Counted from the stretch's first letter, positions 29,424-39,969 are shown. The stretch is 64,000 nt of DNA from Candidatus Latescibacterota bacterium (GCA_965237675.1 OZ250150.1:2464001-2528000), one strand, 5' to 3'. Translations and numbers: made by a program. The notes: generated from the letters alone by a model not told the origin.

Positions 29424-29530
29424 CAAGCAACGCAGGCAACGAACGCAACGCAGCGAGACGGGATGAACCGGCGGAAGAATGGTGGCATATTTCTGGGACA
29501 GGACACTGGAACTCTGGAGGTGACGAGGCG

Positions 29531-30289
29531 ATGCGGTTCTTGATCGTCGATGGCTGGACAAGGGAAGGGAACCTGTCCCATGCGGTTGCCGGGTGCGAGG
29601 AGCAGGCGGGTGTTTTCGAGTCACTCGTTCGGGAATTCTTGCCTGAAGCGGAGATTCGGATCGTCGACACGCACAGCGACGCCGGACCGGCAGACCTGGA
29701 CTTCAGTCAGTACGATGCTGCCATTTGGACCGGCGGGGGTGGCAATATCTACGAAAACGACGCGTTCAATCGGCGCCAACTCGAGTTGGGCGAGCGCGTG
29801 CTTGCGGAAGTACCGCACGTCTGGGGGAGTTGCTGGGGGTTTCAGGTCATCGTGACCGTCTGTGGCGGAGAGGTGGCGCCTGCGCGCCGGCCGGAAATCG
29901 GCATCGCAACGGGCATAACGGCCCGATCAGCAGATTTCGCTGAGACCATTTATCGTGGCAAACCGCCCATATTCGATGCGCCCGCGCATCATTTCGACGA
30001 GACCGCACGACTGCCAGGCGGGTTTGACGTTATCGCCGAAAACGCCATTACGCTGCAGGCCGTCGCATCAAGGGACCGTCGCGTCTTTTGCACGCAATAT
30101 CACCCCGAACTGCCGTACGACTACATCGGAAAGCTGCTTGTCCACTGGGCGTCGAACTACGCGTCGGTTTTCACTGAAGATGCGTTTCAGAATCTGTTGG
30201 CGAGCCTGAAGAAAAAGGAGAAGGAAGAAAAAAGCCTGAGGAAAATAGAATTCAGAAATTGGCTGGAATTGGTCCGGCAGGGTACATAG
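29531..30289 (+). CDS. Class I glutamine amidotransferase-like protein
   Basis: Start MRFLIVDG with GAGG RBS; WTGGGG, nucleophile elbow WGSCWGFQ, TQYHPE triad. Confidence 0.85.
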   Translation: MRFLIVDGWTREGNLSHAVAGCEEQAGVFESLVREFLPEAEIRIVDTHSDAGPADLDFSQYDAAIWTGGGGNIYENDAFNRRQLELGERVLAEVPHVWGSCWGFQVIVTVCGGEVAPARRPEIGIATGITARSADFAETIYRGKPPIFDAPAHHFDETARLPGGFDVIAENAITLQAVASRDRRVFCTQYHPELPYDYIGKLLVHWASNYASVFTEDAFQNLLASLKKKEKEEKSLRKIEFRNWLELVRQGT

Positions 30290-30436
30290 GCCTGGGCGAT
30301 GCAACCGGCGGCGAGAACTGGCGCCGAATGGCGCCTATCGAAGGCCCTGACCGCGCCGTAGAGCGAATGAGCGCGGTAAGCGGAGCGGCAGATGGACATC
30401 CTGGAGGGTGTCACGTTACACGACTGTCCGTTACAG

Positions 30437-30871
30437 TTATCCCTTCGCTTCCGCGAACTCAGTCAGCGCCGCGATGATTTGTGGTTTTATAATCTGGTTG
30501 TCAGTAAAGCTCATATTGAAGTTCCACTTCACGCGTTTCCCGCTGTCGAGCTCAATTTCCACTCTCATCAGTTGTATATGAATTTCAGAGATCGATGCCC
30601 AGGAGATCGTCAGCTCCCTGGACAGACTCCGGTCAATCTTCAGATTCGCATCGTCAAACGTGATGACATATCTGTTTTCACGTGGCGTAAGACCAACGAA
30701 CAGCAGGAACATCAAACCGAAGGCCAACTGCACGACGCCGAAAATACCGCCGCCCGTCTTGATACTGAGGAAACGACCGGCAATCTCGATTACACCAGAA
30801 AGGATACAACCTACTATAAATATACGGGATAAAGGGAAAGAAAGATTGAAGGTTCGTTCTTTCATGGCCAT
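30437..30871 (-). CDS. Two-TM membrane protein, paralog of 28371-28826; last 9 codons lost by a 1-bp deletion
   Basis: MKERTFNL, NRYVITFDD, ISWASISEIHI, NQIIKPQIIAA...FAEAKG*. Confidence 0.75.
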   Translation of the reverse strand: MAMKERTFNLSFPLSRIFIVGCILSGVIEIAGRFLSIKTGGGIFGVVQLAFGLMFLLFVGLTPRENRYVITFDDANLKIDRSLSRELTISWASISEIHIQLMRVEIELDSGKRVKWNFNMSFTDNQIIKPQIIAALTEFAEAKG

Positions 30872-31473
30872 GATGTCCTACTGTGGGCGATGAAGTGGCC
30901 AGAATCGGCAACGGCAACTTTGTACCGCAGGGAGAGAAAAGCGGCTGGAAGATAGGGTGCAGGCGTTTTGGCATAAGCGATGTTTGTGTTATGTGGATTA
31001 ATAGTGTTACGCGGAATCGATCAGGTCGCATCGGGCACACAGGCTAGTGCATCAGAGGATGTGAAGGTAAACGTTACTGCTTAACGCCAGCGAGGTGGCG
31101 CATCTCGAACAGCAACCCTTCACAATACCTTTTGTGCGATAGCGGCGCATCATAATCTATAAGCATGACGTCCGGAAGCTAACCGACACATACGCGATTT
31201 AAGACTCTGGCAAATCTGAATCAATCGCACCGGTAACCCACAATAAACCTCAGAGCCTCGATGTGGGATGTCTCAACGAGAATCGTCAAATTCGGAGATT
31301 GGCTTGACCGTCCAAATTACGGGCAACGAATACCAAATTGACGGCCATTGAAACGCCGATAGTTACATTGGATTGGTCCCAAAATCGCCAACGCAACGCA
31401 CACCAACACCTGATGGGTGTACTTACATTGTCAAACCAACTGGGGAACTCATCGTTGCTTATCATGGCGATAC

Positions 31474-33195
31474 TCATTTAGAAAGCCATTTGTCGAACTC
31501 AATTTCAATTCTCCAACTCTTTGAAAACGTGCGTAACACCTCTTCCTGACGACGTTGTAGAGTAGTCGCGGTCCATTCGGATGTTTCGAGCACCTGTTGG
31601 GTTAGCAAGAACGGGCAGGCGTCGTCTCTCACAAAGTAGGCTTTCTTCTTGCGATCTAGATCCCAGTTACTCGCGCTGGAATTTTTCCTGTGGGTCAAAA
31701 GAACTAGATTGGCCGCTCGGTGAAGCCATTCGGTGTGCAACTCCCGGTCACTAAACCAGTCGTCCCATTGGCTACCTATCTCTATGGTTTGGGGACAGAC
31801 ATGCTCCACAGAGATAGTCGGATAATCATAGACTGCCGTACCGTCGGAAAGAGCTAAGTCCAGTCTAAGTAGCAGCGGCTTTACTACGCGGCTCTTTTGA
31901 TATATTGGGCCGTTTAGAGCCTCGAAATAATGGCGAATTTCGTCGTCACTAAGGTCTAGGCAGGTTGATCGTGGGGGGCGCCCTTTGCGTGGATCGATCT
32001 GGTCGAGCACATCGGCATAACGTGCCATTCGAACATTGACGTCCGACCGGGAGACGAACAGGTAGTACGCCAGACGTTCCAGCTTCCAGACAAAATCGGT
32101 CACATCTATGACCTTATTTTCAGCGTAATTCTTTAAGCACAGTAACAACGGCGGTACCCAGTCTTTGTTGTCCAGCCGATTTAAGGAGCGAAGCAACGAA
32201 GCTGTTTGTGCATCGAACATGTCCTCTAACTTGGCAAGGTTTTCAGCAAGTTGGAATGCATCGGCGAATGGCTCTAGCGTACTGGTGATGAATTCTTCGG
32301 GGTCGCCTGCGAAGGGTCGAACGACTTCGGGAAATCCGACGTCAAGGGCCGAACGCGGTTTTTCACGTTCAAAGATCATTCGGATATGGGTGAAAAGATC
32401 GCTGAACAGTTCTCTATCGAGTGCAAGTTCAATGTCTTCCCAACGGGTCGACAGTTCAATCTCTCGGTTTTCCCCGGCCCTTTCGAGAAGGTCGGCTTTT
32501 AATACGTCTGTAGCTATCAAGTCTAGTCCACGAGTGTTGAGTACCGTGAAAATGCGACGTGCTGCCGAGTCGGTTGGCACTTCGACCACGACGAGGTAGC
32601 AGTTATTCAAGATAAAACTCATCAACTTGCCACGCTCGGTATCAGTCATTTTCAACATTAAATCCCGGTAGAGCGTGGCGTTCTCAACTATCCGCGCCTG
32701 ACTTCCTTCCAGTCCCTCAAGCCGCGGTAGGCTTGCAGTCTTGTCGCGGTCTTGCACATTAGTCTTGAAGAATGCCTGATCACGCGGGCGTAAAAGTAGC
32801 CGCAATCTTTCGGGCAGTCGGAGATCAGTATCGGCAGCCTGTTTTATATATTTTTCTCGACGGATTTTGAGCTCAGGTTCATCGGTTAGGTCACGCAATA
32901 CGCTGAACAGAATTGTCAACGTCGTCAATCGTTGTTGACCGTCCACCACCTTCGCGTCAGATTTTTCCGGCTCCTTTACAAGAACAATGCTACCGAGGAA
33001 ATAAAGTCCTCCTGCACGTCCTTCTGGATCCATTGCATCCCGTAAATCGTAGAATAGTTCGCTGGCTTGTTGGATTTCCCATGCATAGGGTCGTTGGTAT
33101 GGAGGCACGGAGAACGCGTACTTGTCGGAGAATACATCTGCGATCTTCTTTTCCCCAGCCTCAATTCGTCTCAATACACCATTTGTACTTGCCAT
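31474..33195 (-). CDS. GmrSD/SspE-like DUF262-DUF1524 protein (modification-dependent restriction)
   Basis: VPPYQRPYAW, YFLGSIV, VVDGQQRLTT, IFTVLNTRGLDL; C-terminal HNH-like SVEHVCPQ...ANLVLL...NSSASN. Confidence 0.9.
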   Translation of the reverse strand: MASTNGVLRRIEAGEKKIADVFSDKYAFSVPPYQRPYAWEIQQASELFYDLRDAMDPEGRAGGLYFLGSIVLVKEPEKSDAKVVDGQQRLTTLTILFSVLRDLTDEPELKIRREKYIKQAADTDLRLPERLRLLLRPRDQAFFKTNVQDRDKTASLPRLEGLEGSQARIVENATLYRDLMLKMTDTERGKLMSFILNNCYLVVVEVPTDSAARRIFTVLNTRGLDLIATDVLKADLLERAGENREIELSTRWEDIELALDRELFSDLFTHIRMIFEREKPRSALDVGFPEVVRPFAGDPEEFITSTLEPFADAFQLAENLAKLEDMFDAQTASLLRSLNRLDNKDWVPPLLLCLKNYAENKVIDVTDFVWKLERLAYYLFVSRSDVNVRMARYADVLDQIDPRKGRPPRSTCLDLSDDEIRHYFEALNGPIYQKSRVVKPLLLRLDLALSDGTAVYDYPTISVEHVCPQTIEIGSQWDDWFSDRELHTEWLHRAANLVLLTHRKNSSASNWDLDRKKKAYFVRDDACPFLLTQQVLETSEWTATTLQRRQEEVLRTFSKSWRIEIEFDKWLSK

Positions 33196-33309
33196 GTACC
33201 CCTCCCTGTTTTTTCCCCATCGACTTGATCGACTCCTCCATCATACCGCCACTGCCTCCAACGGAGGAAAGAGCCATCGCTTCCCACTTCGCCCACGCGC
33301 CGGACAAGA

Positions 33310-34395
33310 CTACAGTGAGATTACCAGATCCTTGCCAAACTTAACATTGGCGACGTCGCAGGCCAGTTCGGCATATTTCTGAAAAGCTGCCCTGCCGTAA
33401 TGGGTTCCCATCCACCAACCTTGTACCAATTCGACCGAGTTATGTGCTAAGTCCGGTCGCCCCGGATAAAGATCAATGGCAGACCTTGCAATGAATCGCC
33501 TCTTGCTTCCGTGTTTCATTGCGCCAAACCTTTCCAGAAAGTCCGTATCCTGTTGGGCGAACGTCATCAGAATCTCCCTGATGACCTGCCAAGCGAATTT
33601 AGCAGGGTAAAATTCCCCGAGATAAGAGAAGCCCCGTTCTGTAGGTGGTCCCGTCGAGGGCGGTGTCGGTGGCGGATCCGACACAGGGTTCTCAGTTGGC
33701 GGAATGTGATTCCCATCCTCCGAACCGGGCTGTGAATCCGCTTTTGTTTGAATGAATTGCGAGCAAGCGTCCGGCTCGGGCTTATATCCGCAAATGTCCT
33801 CGACCTTGTCAGCAAGCAATTCGACGAGTATTTCGTCCGGCCCCGACAGAAGTTGATGCCACGCCTTCGGAATAGCGGCGGCTATATGTCTACCGCGTGT
33901 GACATCCTTATAATCGTCACGAGCGGTTGACAGAGCCTCGCCGGAAATTACTCGCTGGTATTCCAGATACCGGTGGAGACGTTCAGTTGATTCGGCGGGC
34001 GACCGTTCCAGGAGATCGAGTTTGTACACACGCCGCTCTTGGTACTGTCCTTCTTCTCCCGGTAGATAGAAGCTCCATTCATGACCGTCCGTAAGGACTG
34101 CCATCGGAACTCCTTGATGGAAAGCGTACTCAAACAACTGCCTGTCCCCGGTATTCGTCTGGCCAAGCCTCTTTACCTCTAAGAAAATTTTTGGACGCCC
34201 CGTTGTTTCACGAAGAGCGTAGTCGACCCGTCCGGACTCAACGGAATATTCGGGGGTTACGACGGATGTATCGAATACAGGCCAATCGAGTGCCTGCAAT
34301 ACAGGTAGCACAACCCCCTGAGAAACCGAAGCCTCGCTGGTATATTGCCCCGATTTGAGCGAAGTGCGAATTCGATCAACAGTTTCTCGTATCAT
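33310..34395 (-). CDS. HsdR-N-type PD-(D/E)XK nuclease fused to a SeqA-C-like domain
   Basis: SEASV..VLPVLQALDW, VTPEY..GRVDYAL..FLEVKR..QLFEYAF..VLTDGHEW; Pro-rich linker; C-domain KHGSKRRFIAR...GWWMGTHY. Confidence 0.75.
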   Translation of the reverse strand: MIRETVDRIRTSLKSGQYTSEASVSQGVVLPVLQALDWPVFDTSVVTPEYSVESGRVDYALRETTGRPKIFLEVKRLGQTNTGDRQLFEYAFHQGVPMAVLTDGHEWSFYLPGEEGQYQERRVYKLDLLERSPAESTERLHRYLEYQRVISGEALSTARDDYKDVTRGRHIAAAIPKAWHQLLSGPDEILVELLADKVEDICGYKPEPDACSQFIQTKADSQPGSEDGNHIPPTENPVSDPPPTPPSTGPPTERGFSYLGEFYPAKFAWQVIREILMTFAQQDTDFLERFGAMKHGSKRRFIARSAIDLYPGRPDLAHNSVELVQGWWMGTHYGRAAFQKYAELACDVANVKFGKDLVISL

Positions 34396-35052
34396 AAATG
34401 TCTCCCCAGATTTCCAGCACGCCCGGCGTTATTCTCGCAGACCTGCAAGTGCCCACGTAAGTTTGCGAACGCGCAAAGCGCATTTGCGCGGGCTAAAGCT
34501 GGCCTGCTTTCTCAACCAATATTTCGCAGATAGCTGACATGGGATGCCCCCCGCTATTATGGGTAAACGGAAACCAATATAGTTCATTGCGGCGACCAAT
34601 ACAAGATTCGTGACCGTCATTTGCCTGCGCTGGATCGGCGTGAGGAACAGGGGGTTATACGCGTAATTTGCCCGAATTTTCGCATCGAGCTTGCGCCGTC
34701 CTCGTTTGGATTCCGGTCCGCTTGGTCCTAGACGGGTCACGCAGCTCAGAGTGGCGTCCACATTGAGCGTCCAGTCTAAGCTTCCTGCCATTTTCCGAGT
34801 ATTCGCCCCGACTATACGGTTGTAAGATGCGCTGGGTTCGCTGAATCGACCATGTGTCGTTTATCGCGATGCAACGAGCTTTGAGACTTACCGGCGTCTC
34901 AAGTTGCGCTTGTCGCAATTTGCGCCTATCCCTATAATACCGAATACGTGGCTTGTTTTCGCGCCATTCGACTGATTCTTGGGTAGGAACTGCATCCGTT
35001 TGGCACCTGAGTAAATGCGCAAACCGTTGCATTAGGTGGGGCAAGAACGCAA

Positions 35053-38000
35053 ATGATTACCTCAATTTACGCGGCTTTACAAGGCTTCGCGGCGTCAGTA
35101 ACAGCCAAAATGACACAGATCACGGCTGGTGAGCCCGAAGAGCAACTTCGCGGTCCGTTTGAGAACTTCATGAAGGATGCCGCTCAGGCACTCGGATGGA
35201 AAATCGTCTGCACAGGGGAAACACCCCTGCCCGATCGCATCGGTAAGCCCGATTACGCCGTTCATCTCAACCAGCTTCTTGCAGGATACGTCGAGCTAAA
35301 GGCTCCGGGAGTCGGCGCAACGCACGATCGCTTCAAAGGTCACAATCGCGACCAATTCAAGAGGTTTTCGGCAATTCCTAATATTCTGTACACTGACGGC
35401 AATGAGTGGGCGCTATATCGGGACGGCAATCTGGTCGGTAGTGTCGTTCGCTTGGCCGGCGATGTCGCCACAGATGGCAGGAAGGCTGCCAAATTGAGCG
35501 ATGTCCACTCTGTTGAACGCGTGTTGCGCGATTTTCTATCGTGGGAACCGTCCATCCCCGTGGACCGAGACGGCAAGATTGACCTTAAGGGTTTCGCTTC
35601 GTTGTTGGCTCCGCTATGCCGGATGTTGCGCGATGACGTGAAGGATGCGCTTGCAAATCCGAATTCGTCCCTCGTCCGAATTGCGGAAGACTGGCGTAAG
35701 CTGCTGTTCCCTGATGCTTCGGACGAACAGTTCGCCGACGCGTACACCCAGACCGTGGCCTTCGCTCTGCTGTTGGGTCGGAGTGAGGGAGCGAATCCTC
35801 TCACGCTCAACTCTGCGCGGGACTCGCTTGCCGATCAACATGTCCTGCTGTCGGAGACACTATACCTGTTGGCTCGCAAAAAACCCGATAAAGAGATTGC
35901 CGCTTCACTCAAATTGCTGTTGCGTGTTATTGGCGTGGTTCCACCCGCCACGTTGTCAGGTGGCGAGGATCCCTGGCTCTATTTCTACGAAGATTTCCTC
36001 GCCGTATACGACCCCGCACTTCGTAAAGACGTGGGAGTCTTTTATACACCGGTGGAGGTAGTTCGAGCGCAGGTCCGGCTGATTGACGAACTGCTCGTCA
36101 GTCGTGTCGGAAAACCTTTCGGTTTCGCTGACCCCGGCGTGGTGACGCTTGATCCCGCCGTTGGAACCGGAACATACCTTCTTGGTGTAATTGAACACAG
36201 TCTTCGGCGCGTAAGGGCGGAACAGGGGCCGGGCGCGGTCGCCAGCCAAGCCACATCGCTAGGTCAGAACCTCTATGGTTTCGAATTGCTAGTTGGTCCC
36301 TACGCAGTGAGCGAACTTCGCGTTAGCCGTGCCCTTTGTAGTTACGGAGCAACGCTGCCCCGCGACGGTACGCATATCTACTTGACCAATACCCTCGAGA
36401 GTCCGAACGAAGAGCCCCCCTGGATGCCTTTTGTCGTAGAAGCCATTGCCGAACAGCATAAAAAGGCACTCGCGATAAAGAAATCGGTCCCGGTTATTGT
36501 CTGCTTGGGGAATCCACCCTATGACCGGCACGATGCAGTTGATACGAAAAGTGAGGACAATCTTTCCCTGTATGGAGGGTGGGTCCGCTTCGGGGACCCG
36601 TTGCCCGGCAATCTAGTTAAGGATAAAAGGGGCAGGGAACGAGAGCTAAAGACTGCCAAGTCCAGGCTCGCGAAAAGACAGGATCTTGCTATTCTTAAGG
36701 ATTTCATCGCTCCCGCACGTTCGTCCGGGCATGGTGTCCGTCTCAAGAACCTCTACAACCTTTACGTCTATTTCTGGCGTTGGGCATTGTGGAAAGTCTT
36801 CGAGCATGACACTGCCAAGGGTCCTGGCATTATAAGTTTCATCAGCGCGTCGAGCTATCTCGACGGAGACGCCTACTGCGGAATGCGCGAACACATGCGT
36901 CGAGTTTGCGACGAGATCTGGATACTCGACTTGGGTGGCGAAGGGCGGGGCACACGGCAGACAGAGAATGTATTTGCAATTCTTACACCGGTGGCCATCG
37001 CCGTAGCATTCCGTTCGAAAAAAGCTGCAACCGACAAGCCAGCGAAAGTGTGTTACGCCCAAGTTGAAGGAACACGTCAGGAGAAGCTCGCTTTGCTCGA
37101 CAAAATTGAGAGCTTTGCACACTCTATGTTGAAATGGCACGATTGTCCGGACGAATGGCAGGCTCCATTTCGGCCCGCTGGAACAGGCGATTACTTCGCA
37201 TGGCCGCCACTAACTGACATGATGCCTTGGCAACAATCCGGCGTCAAGGCGGGGCGAACCTGGGTGATTGCGCCTGAAACGGGAATGCTAGACGCACGCT
37301 GGGCCGCTTTACTTCGGGTCGAAAAGGACGACCGGCATGAGCTTTTTAAAGATTCTTCCACGGGACGAAAGGTTCACGAATCCGCTACTCAATTGCCGCC
37401 CTCCAAGGTCATGCTAGAACCCATTACCGAACTTGCAAGAGAGGAGCCACCTCCCAAGACAGTTCGTTTCGCATATAGGTCATTCGACCGCCAATTTATA
37501 TGTGCAGACGCCCGTTTGTTGGATAGGCCAGGTCCTGTGCTTTGGCGCGTTCACAGTGAGCAACAGGTTTTCTTGACGAGCTTGCTTAACCATCCGATTA
37601 GCGAAGGTCCTGCGGTAACGGCATGCTCGTATATTCCCGATCTTCACCATTTCCGTGGGTCGTTCGGTGCAAAGGAGATCTTCCCGCTCTTTCGTGCGTC
37701 CGATGGTTCGCGTACGAACATTTCACCTGGCCTACTCGAGATTCTGTGCAGATCATATCAGCGTAACGTCACACCAGAAGATTTCATTGCCTATGTCTAC
37801 TGCACGCTGGCGCATCCAAACTTCACGGCGCGGTTCAAAAACGAACTGGCCACCCGCGAACTTCGCGTACCACTCACGAAGGACATAGAACTGTTCGAAA
37901 AAGCCCGTGCGTTAGGTGCTCGGTTGCTCTGGTTTCACACTTACGGTGAACGATTCATCCCTGACGATCAGCCACGTGGTCACGTTCCCCGTGGTGCAGC

Positions 38001-38442
38001 CAAGTGTGCCAAGGGCGTTCCCCGGGACCCGGAGAGTTACCCAGACACGTTTACATACAGCGACGTGACGCAAATTCTCCGCGTCGGCGAGGGTGAGTTT
38101 AAGCCGGTTCCGCCCGAGGTATTCGAGTTTGAGGTTTCGGGCCTCAAGGTCGTACAGTCTTGGCTCAAGTATCGGATGAAGAGAGGAGCGGGTCGGAAAT
38201 CCTCACCCCTGGACGAAATTCGCCCAGAACGGTGGACCAGCCAATTTACCACTGAACTACTCCACTTGCTTTGGGTTCTGGAGGCGACGGTGGAAAATTA
38301 TCCCGATCAGGCGCGGCTACTTGAAGCCATTGTCGAAAGCGACTGCTTCAGTGCCGACGAATTACCTAGCGTTCCAGACGAAATGCGCAAACCGCCAAAG
38401 GCCATTAAGGGCGATCTGTTTTACGGGCAGAGCGGAGATTGA
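35053..38442 (+). CDS. Single-chain REase-N6-adenine MTase (type IIG/IIL; type ISP-like C-terminal TRD, no helicase)
   Basis: N-terminal KPDYA..YVELK nuclease; YEDFLAVYDP..GVFYTPVEVV, motif I LDPAVGTG, motif IV GNPPY, LYVYFWRWA; TRD YRSFDRQ, FEVSGLKVVQSWLKYR. Confidence 0.88.
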   Translation: MITSIYAALQGFAASVTAKMTQITAGEPEEQLRGPFENFMKDAAQALGWKIVCTGETPLPDRIGKPDYAVHLNQLLAGYVELKAPGVGATHDRFKGHNRDQFKRFSAIPNILYTDGNEWALYRDGNLVGSVVRLAGDVATDGRKAAKLSDVHSVERVLRDFLSWEPSIPVDRDGKIDLKGFASLLAPLCRMLRDDVKDALANPNSSLVRIAEDWRKLLFPDASDEQFADAYTQTVAFALLLGRSEGANPLTLNSARDSLADQHVLLSETLYLLARKKPDKEIAASLKLLLRVIGVVPPATLSGGEDPWLYFYEDFLAVYDPALRKDVGVFYTPVEVVRAQVRLIDELLVSRVGKPFGFADPGVVTLDPAVGTGTYLLGVIEHSLRRVRAEQGPGAVASQATSLGQNLYGFELLVGPYAVSELRVSRALCSYGATLPRDGTHIYLTNTLESPNEEPPWMPFVVEAIAEQHKKALAIKKSVPVIVCLGNPPYDRHDAVDTKSEDNLSLYGGWVRFGDPLPGNLVKDKRGRERELKTAKSRLAKRQDLAILKDFIAPARSSGHGVRLKNLYNLYVYFWRWALWKVFEHDTAKGPGIISFISASSYLDGDAYCGMREHMRRVCDEIWILDLGGEGRGTRQTENVFAILTPVAIAVAFRSKKAATDKPAKVCYAQVEGTRQEKLALLDKIESFAHSMLKWHDCPDEWQAPFRPAGTGDYFAWPPLTDMMPWQQSGVKAGRTWVIAPETGMLDARWAALLRVEKDDRHELFKDSSTGRKVHESATQLPPSKVMLEPITELAREEPPPKTVRFAYRSFDRQFICADARLLDRPGPVLWRVHSEQQVFLTSLLNHPISEGPAVTACSYIPDLHHFRGSFGAKEIFPLFRASDGSRTNISPGLLEILCRSYQRNVTPEDFIAYVYCTLAHPNFTARFKNELATRELRVPLTKDIELFEKARALGARLLWFHTYGERFIPDDQPRGHVPRGAAKCAKGVPRDPESYPDTFTYSDVTQILRVGEGEFKPVPPEVFEFEVSGLKVVQSWLKYRMKRGAGRKSSPLDEIRPERWTSQFTTELLHLLWVLEATVENYPDQARLLEAIVESDCFSADELPSVPDEMRKPPKAIKGDLFYGQSGD

Positions 38443-38585
38443 GGCGGCCACGTGCTTTTTGTTCCGATAACTTGCTAACGATCGAAATCGGCTTGGGAGG
38501 GGTGGTTACAAGCAAGCGATTTTTTTGAATTCTTTTTTTCGATCAGGCCTTATTGACTGCGGATATCAAGAGAGGGTCAAACGAA

Positions 38586-39638
38586 ATGGATGACTCGACC
38601 GAGAAAGACCAGAATAACGGCGAATCTCTGACCGAGCGAGAAATGCGAGGCTTGGAGACGACCTTGAGGAGTTCGAGGGCATTTGAAGCGTTTCAACGCT
38701 GTGCGCGTGAGCTTCAACGTATTTCGCACACCAAGGATTTCGGAAAGAACCAACGACGCTTGTCCGACGTCGAAGCCGAAGCGAAAGTGTGGCTCGATTC
38801 TGTCGGATGTGCCGAAGCAGCCGGAGTTTTAAACCCGAGTTATCGCTTTTTGCTTACGTTGTACCCGATTGAACGTGTTCACGATGAACGTTGGCTCGGC
38901 GGTTTGTACGAATCCGACCTCTGCGACATCAAGGCGGGCATTGAGGCCATACGTGAGCGCGAGGGCCTAGATGATGACGAGTACTGGCCCATCGGGGAGG
39001 GACCGGAGGATTGGGAGGAATTGGAACAGCGATATTCAGGGGTCTTGGATAGGAAGTTTGAAGAGACGCTTCGGGAATTCGGCATTCACGAAATCGCTGA
39101 TCTATACCAAATGGACCGAGAAGCATTCGACGCGCAACGTGAGCAGGGGCGTCGGCTCGCCTTTGAGGAAATTTCCGAGACGGAACAGGTCTATGCCGCC
39201 CAGAAACTGCTTGAAGTAGAGGCCGAAAAATGTGCCAAGGGAGGGGCATATTATGCCGCAAACGTCATGATCGGGTCCGCAATGGAGGCTGCTCTCTTGA
39301 CTGCATGTCTGAAGCACCTTGACGAAGCTCTTTCTGCCAAGGATCGATTGCCGAAATCTGAGCAGCCCGAACGAGAGAATCCGAAGCGCTGGCGATTCGC
39401 GGAACTGGCACGCATAGCAACTGAGGCGGGATGGCTGCCGGATTTTGTAGTAGGGGATCGTAGGGTGTGCTCCCAATCGCTCGTGGAAACGTTGCGATGC
39501 GTGCGAAACTTGGCACATCCTGCTAAACACCTATCTGACCCATTATCCCTTGATGTAGAAAGTGAATATACCAAAGCGCGAGCCGCGTACAATCTACTTG
39601 AGCGGTATTTGGCTGGGCCTGCCAACGAGTCCCCGTAG
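38586..39638 (+). CDS. Hypothetical protein with a C-terminal HEPN/DUF4145-like domain
   Basis: AYYAANVMIGSAMEAALL...LARIATEAGWL...LRCVRNLAHP; acidic helical N-terminal half. Confidence 0.6.
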   Translation: MDDSTEKDQNNGESLTEREMRGLETTLRSSRAFEAFQRCARELQRISHTKDFGKNQRRLSDVEAEAKVWLDSVGCAEAAGVLNPSYRFLLTLYPIERVHDERWLGGLYESDLCDIKAGIEAIREREGLDDDEYWPIGEGPEDWEELEQRYSGVLDRKFEETLREFGIHEIADLYQMDREAFDAQREQGRRLAFEEISETEQVYAAQKLLEVEAEKCAKGGAYYAANVMIGSAMEAALLTACLKHLDEALSAKDRLPKSEQPERENPKRWRFAELARIATEAGWLPDFVVGDRRVCSQSLVETLRCVRNLAHPAKHLSDPLSLDVESEYTKARAAYNLLERYLAGPANESP

Positions 39639-39739
39639 CTGCGACGTTTTACGAATCGATTCACAGTAAGATAATTTGGAAAGGGAAGCCCAACGTATCA
39701 ACAAAAGGTGAAATATCTTTCCCTCCGAGTTTGGCTTAG

Positions 39740-39958
39740 AATGGACATGGCGTCGAGGAGCATGAAGTCGAAGACGTATTGAGATCGCCGGGTGAAGACA
39801 GACCCGGACGGGAAGGATGGCGTGTTGCAATCGGACGGACTCGCGGCGGTCGTTATTTCCGCGTGATCTATGTGCCCGATACCGAGCCGGACTATGTTTT
39901 CGCCATCACTGCATACGAGCTGACCGGAAAACCCCTAATCGCATATCGTAGGCGATAA
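39740..39958 (+). pseudogene. 5'-truncated BrnT/RelE-like toxin remnant
   Basis: Hand translation: HGVEEHEVEDVLRSPGEDRPGREGWRVAIGRTRGGRYFRVIYVPD..VFAITAYELTGKPLIAYRRR*. In-frame TAG at 39737 and no recognisable full N-terminus. Confidence 0.65.
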
Positions 39959-39969
39959 AGGAGAGAAAG

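Noticed and set aside
24100-29430. Possible CRISPR array among the repeats
   Set aside because: No constant 25-40 bp repeats separated by unique, equal-length spacers, and no cas genes.
31286-31477. 63-aa ORF coupled by ATGA overlap to the GmrSD-like stop
   Set aside because: No recognisable features; the overlap could be chance.
34655-35044. ORF with RIRYYRDRRKLRQAQLE, reminiscent of an XRE/C-protein HTH between the divergent restriction genes
   Set aside because: Similarity is limited to one short stretch; at most a decayed remnant.
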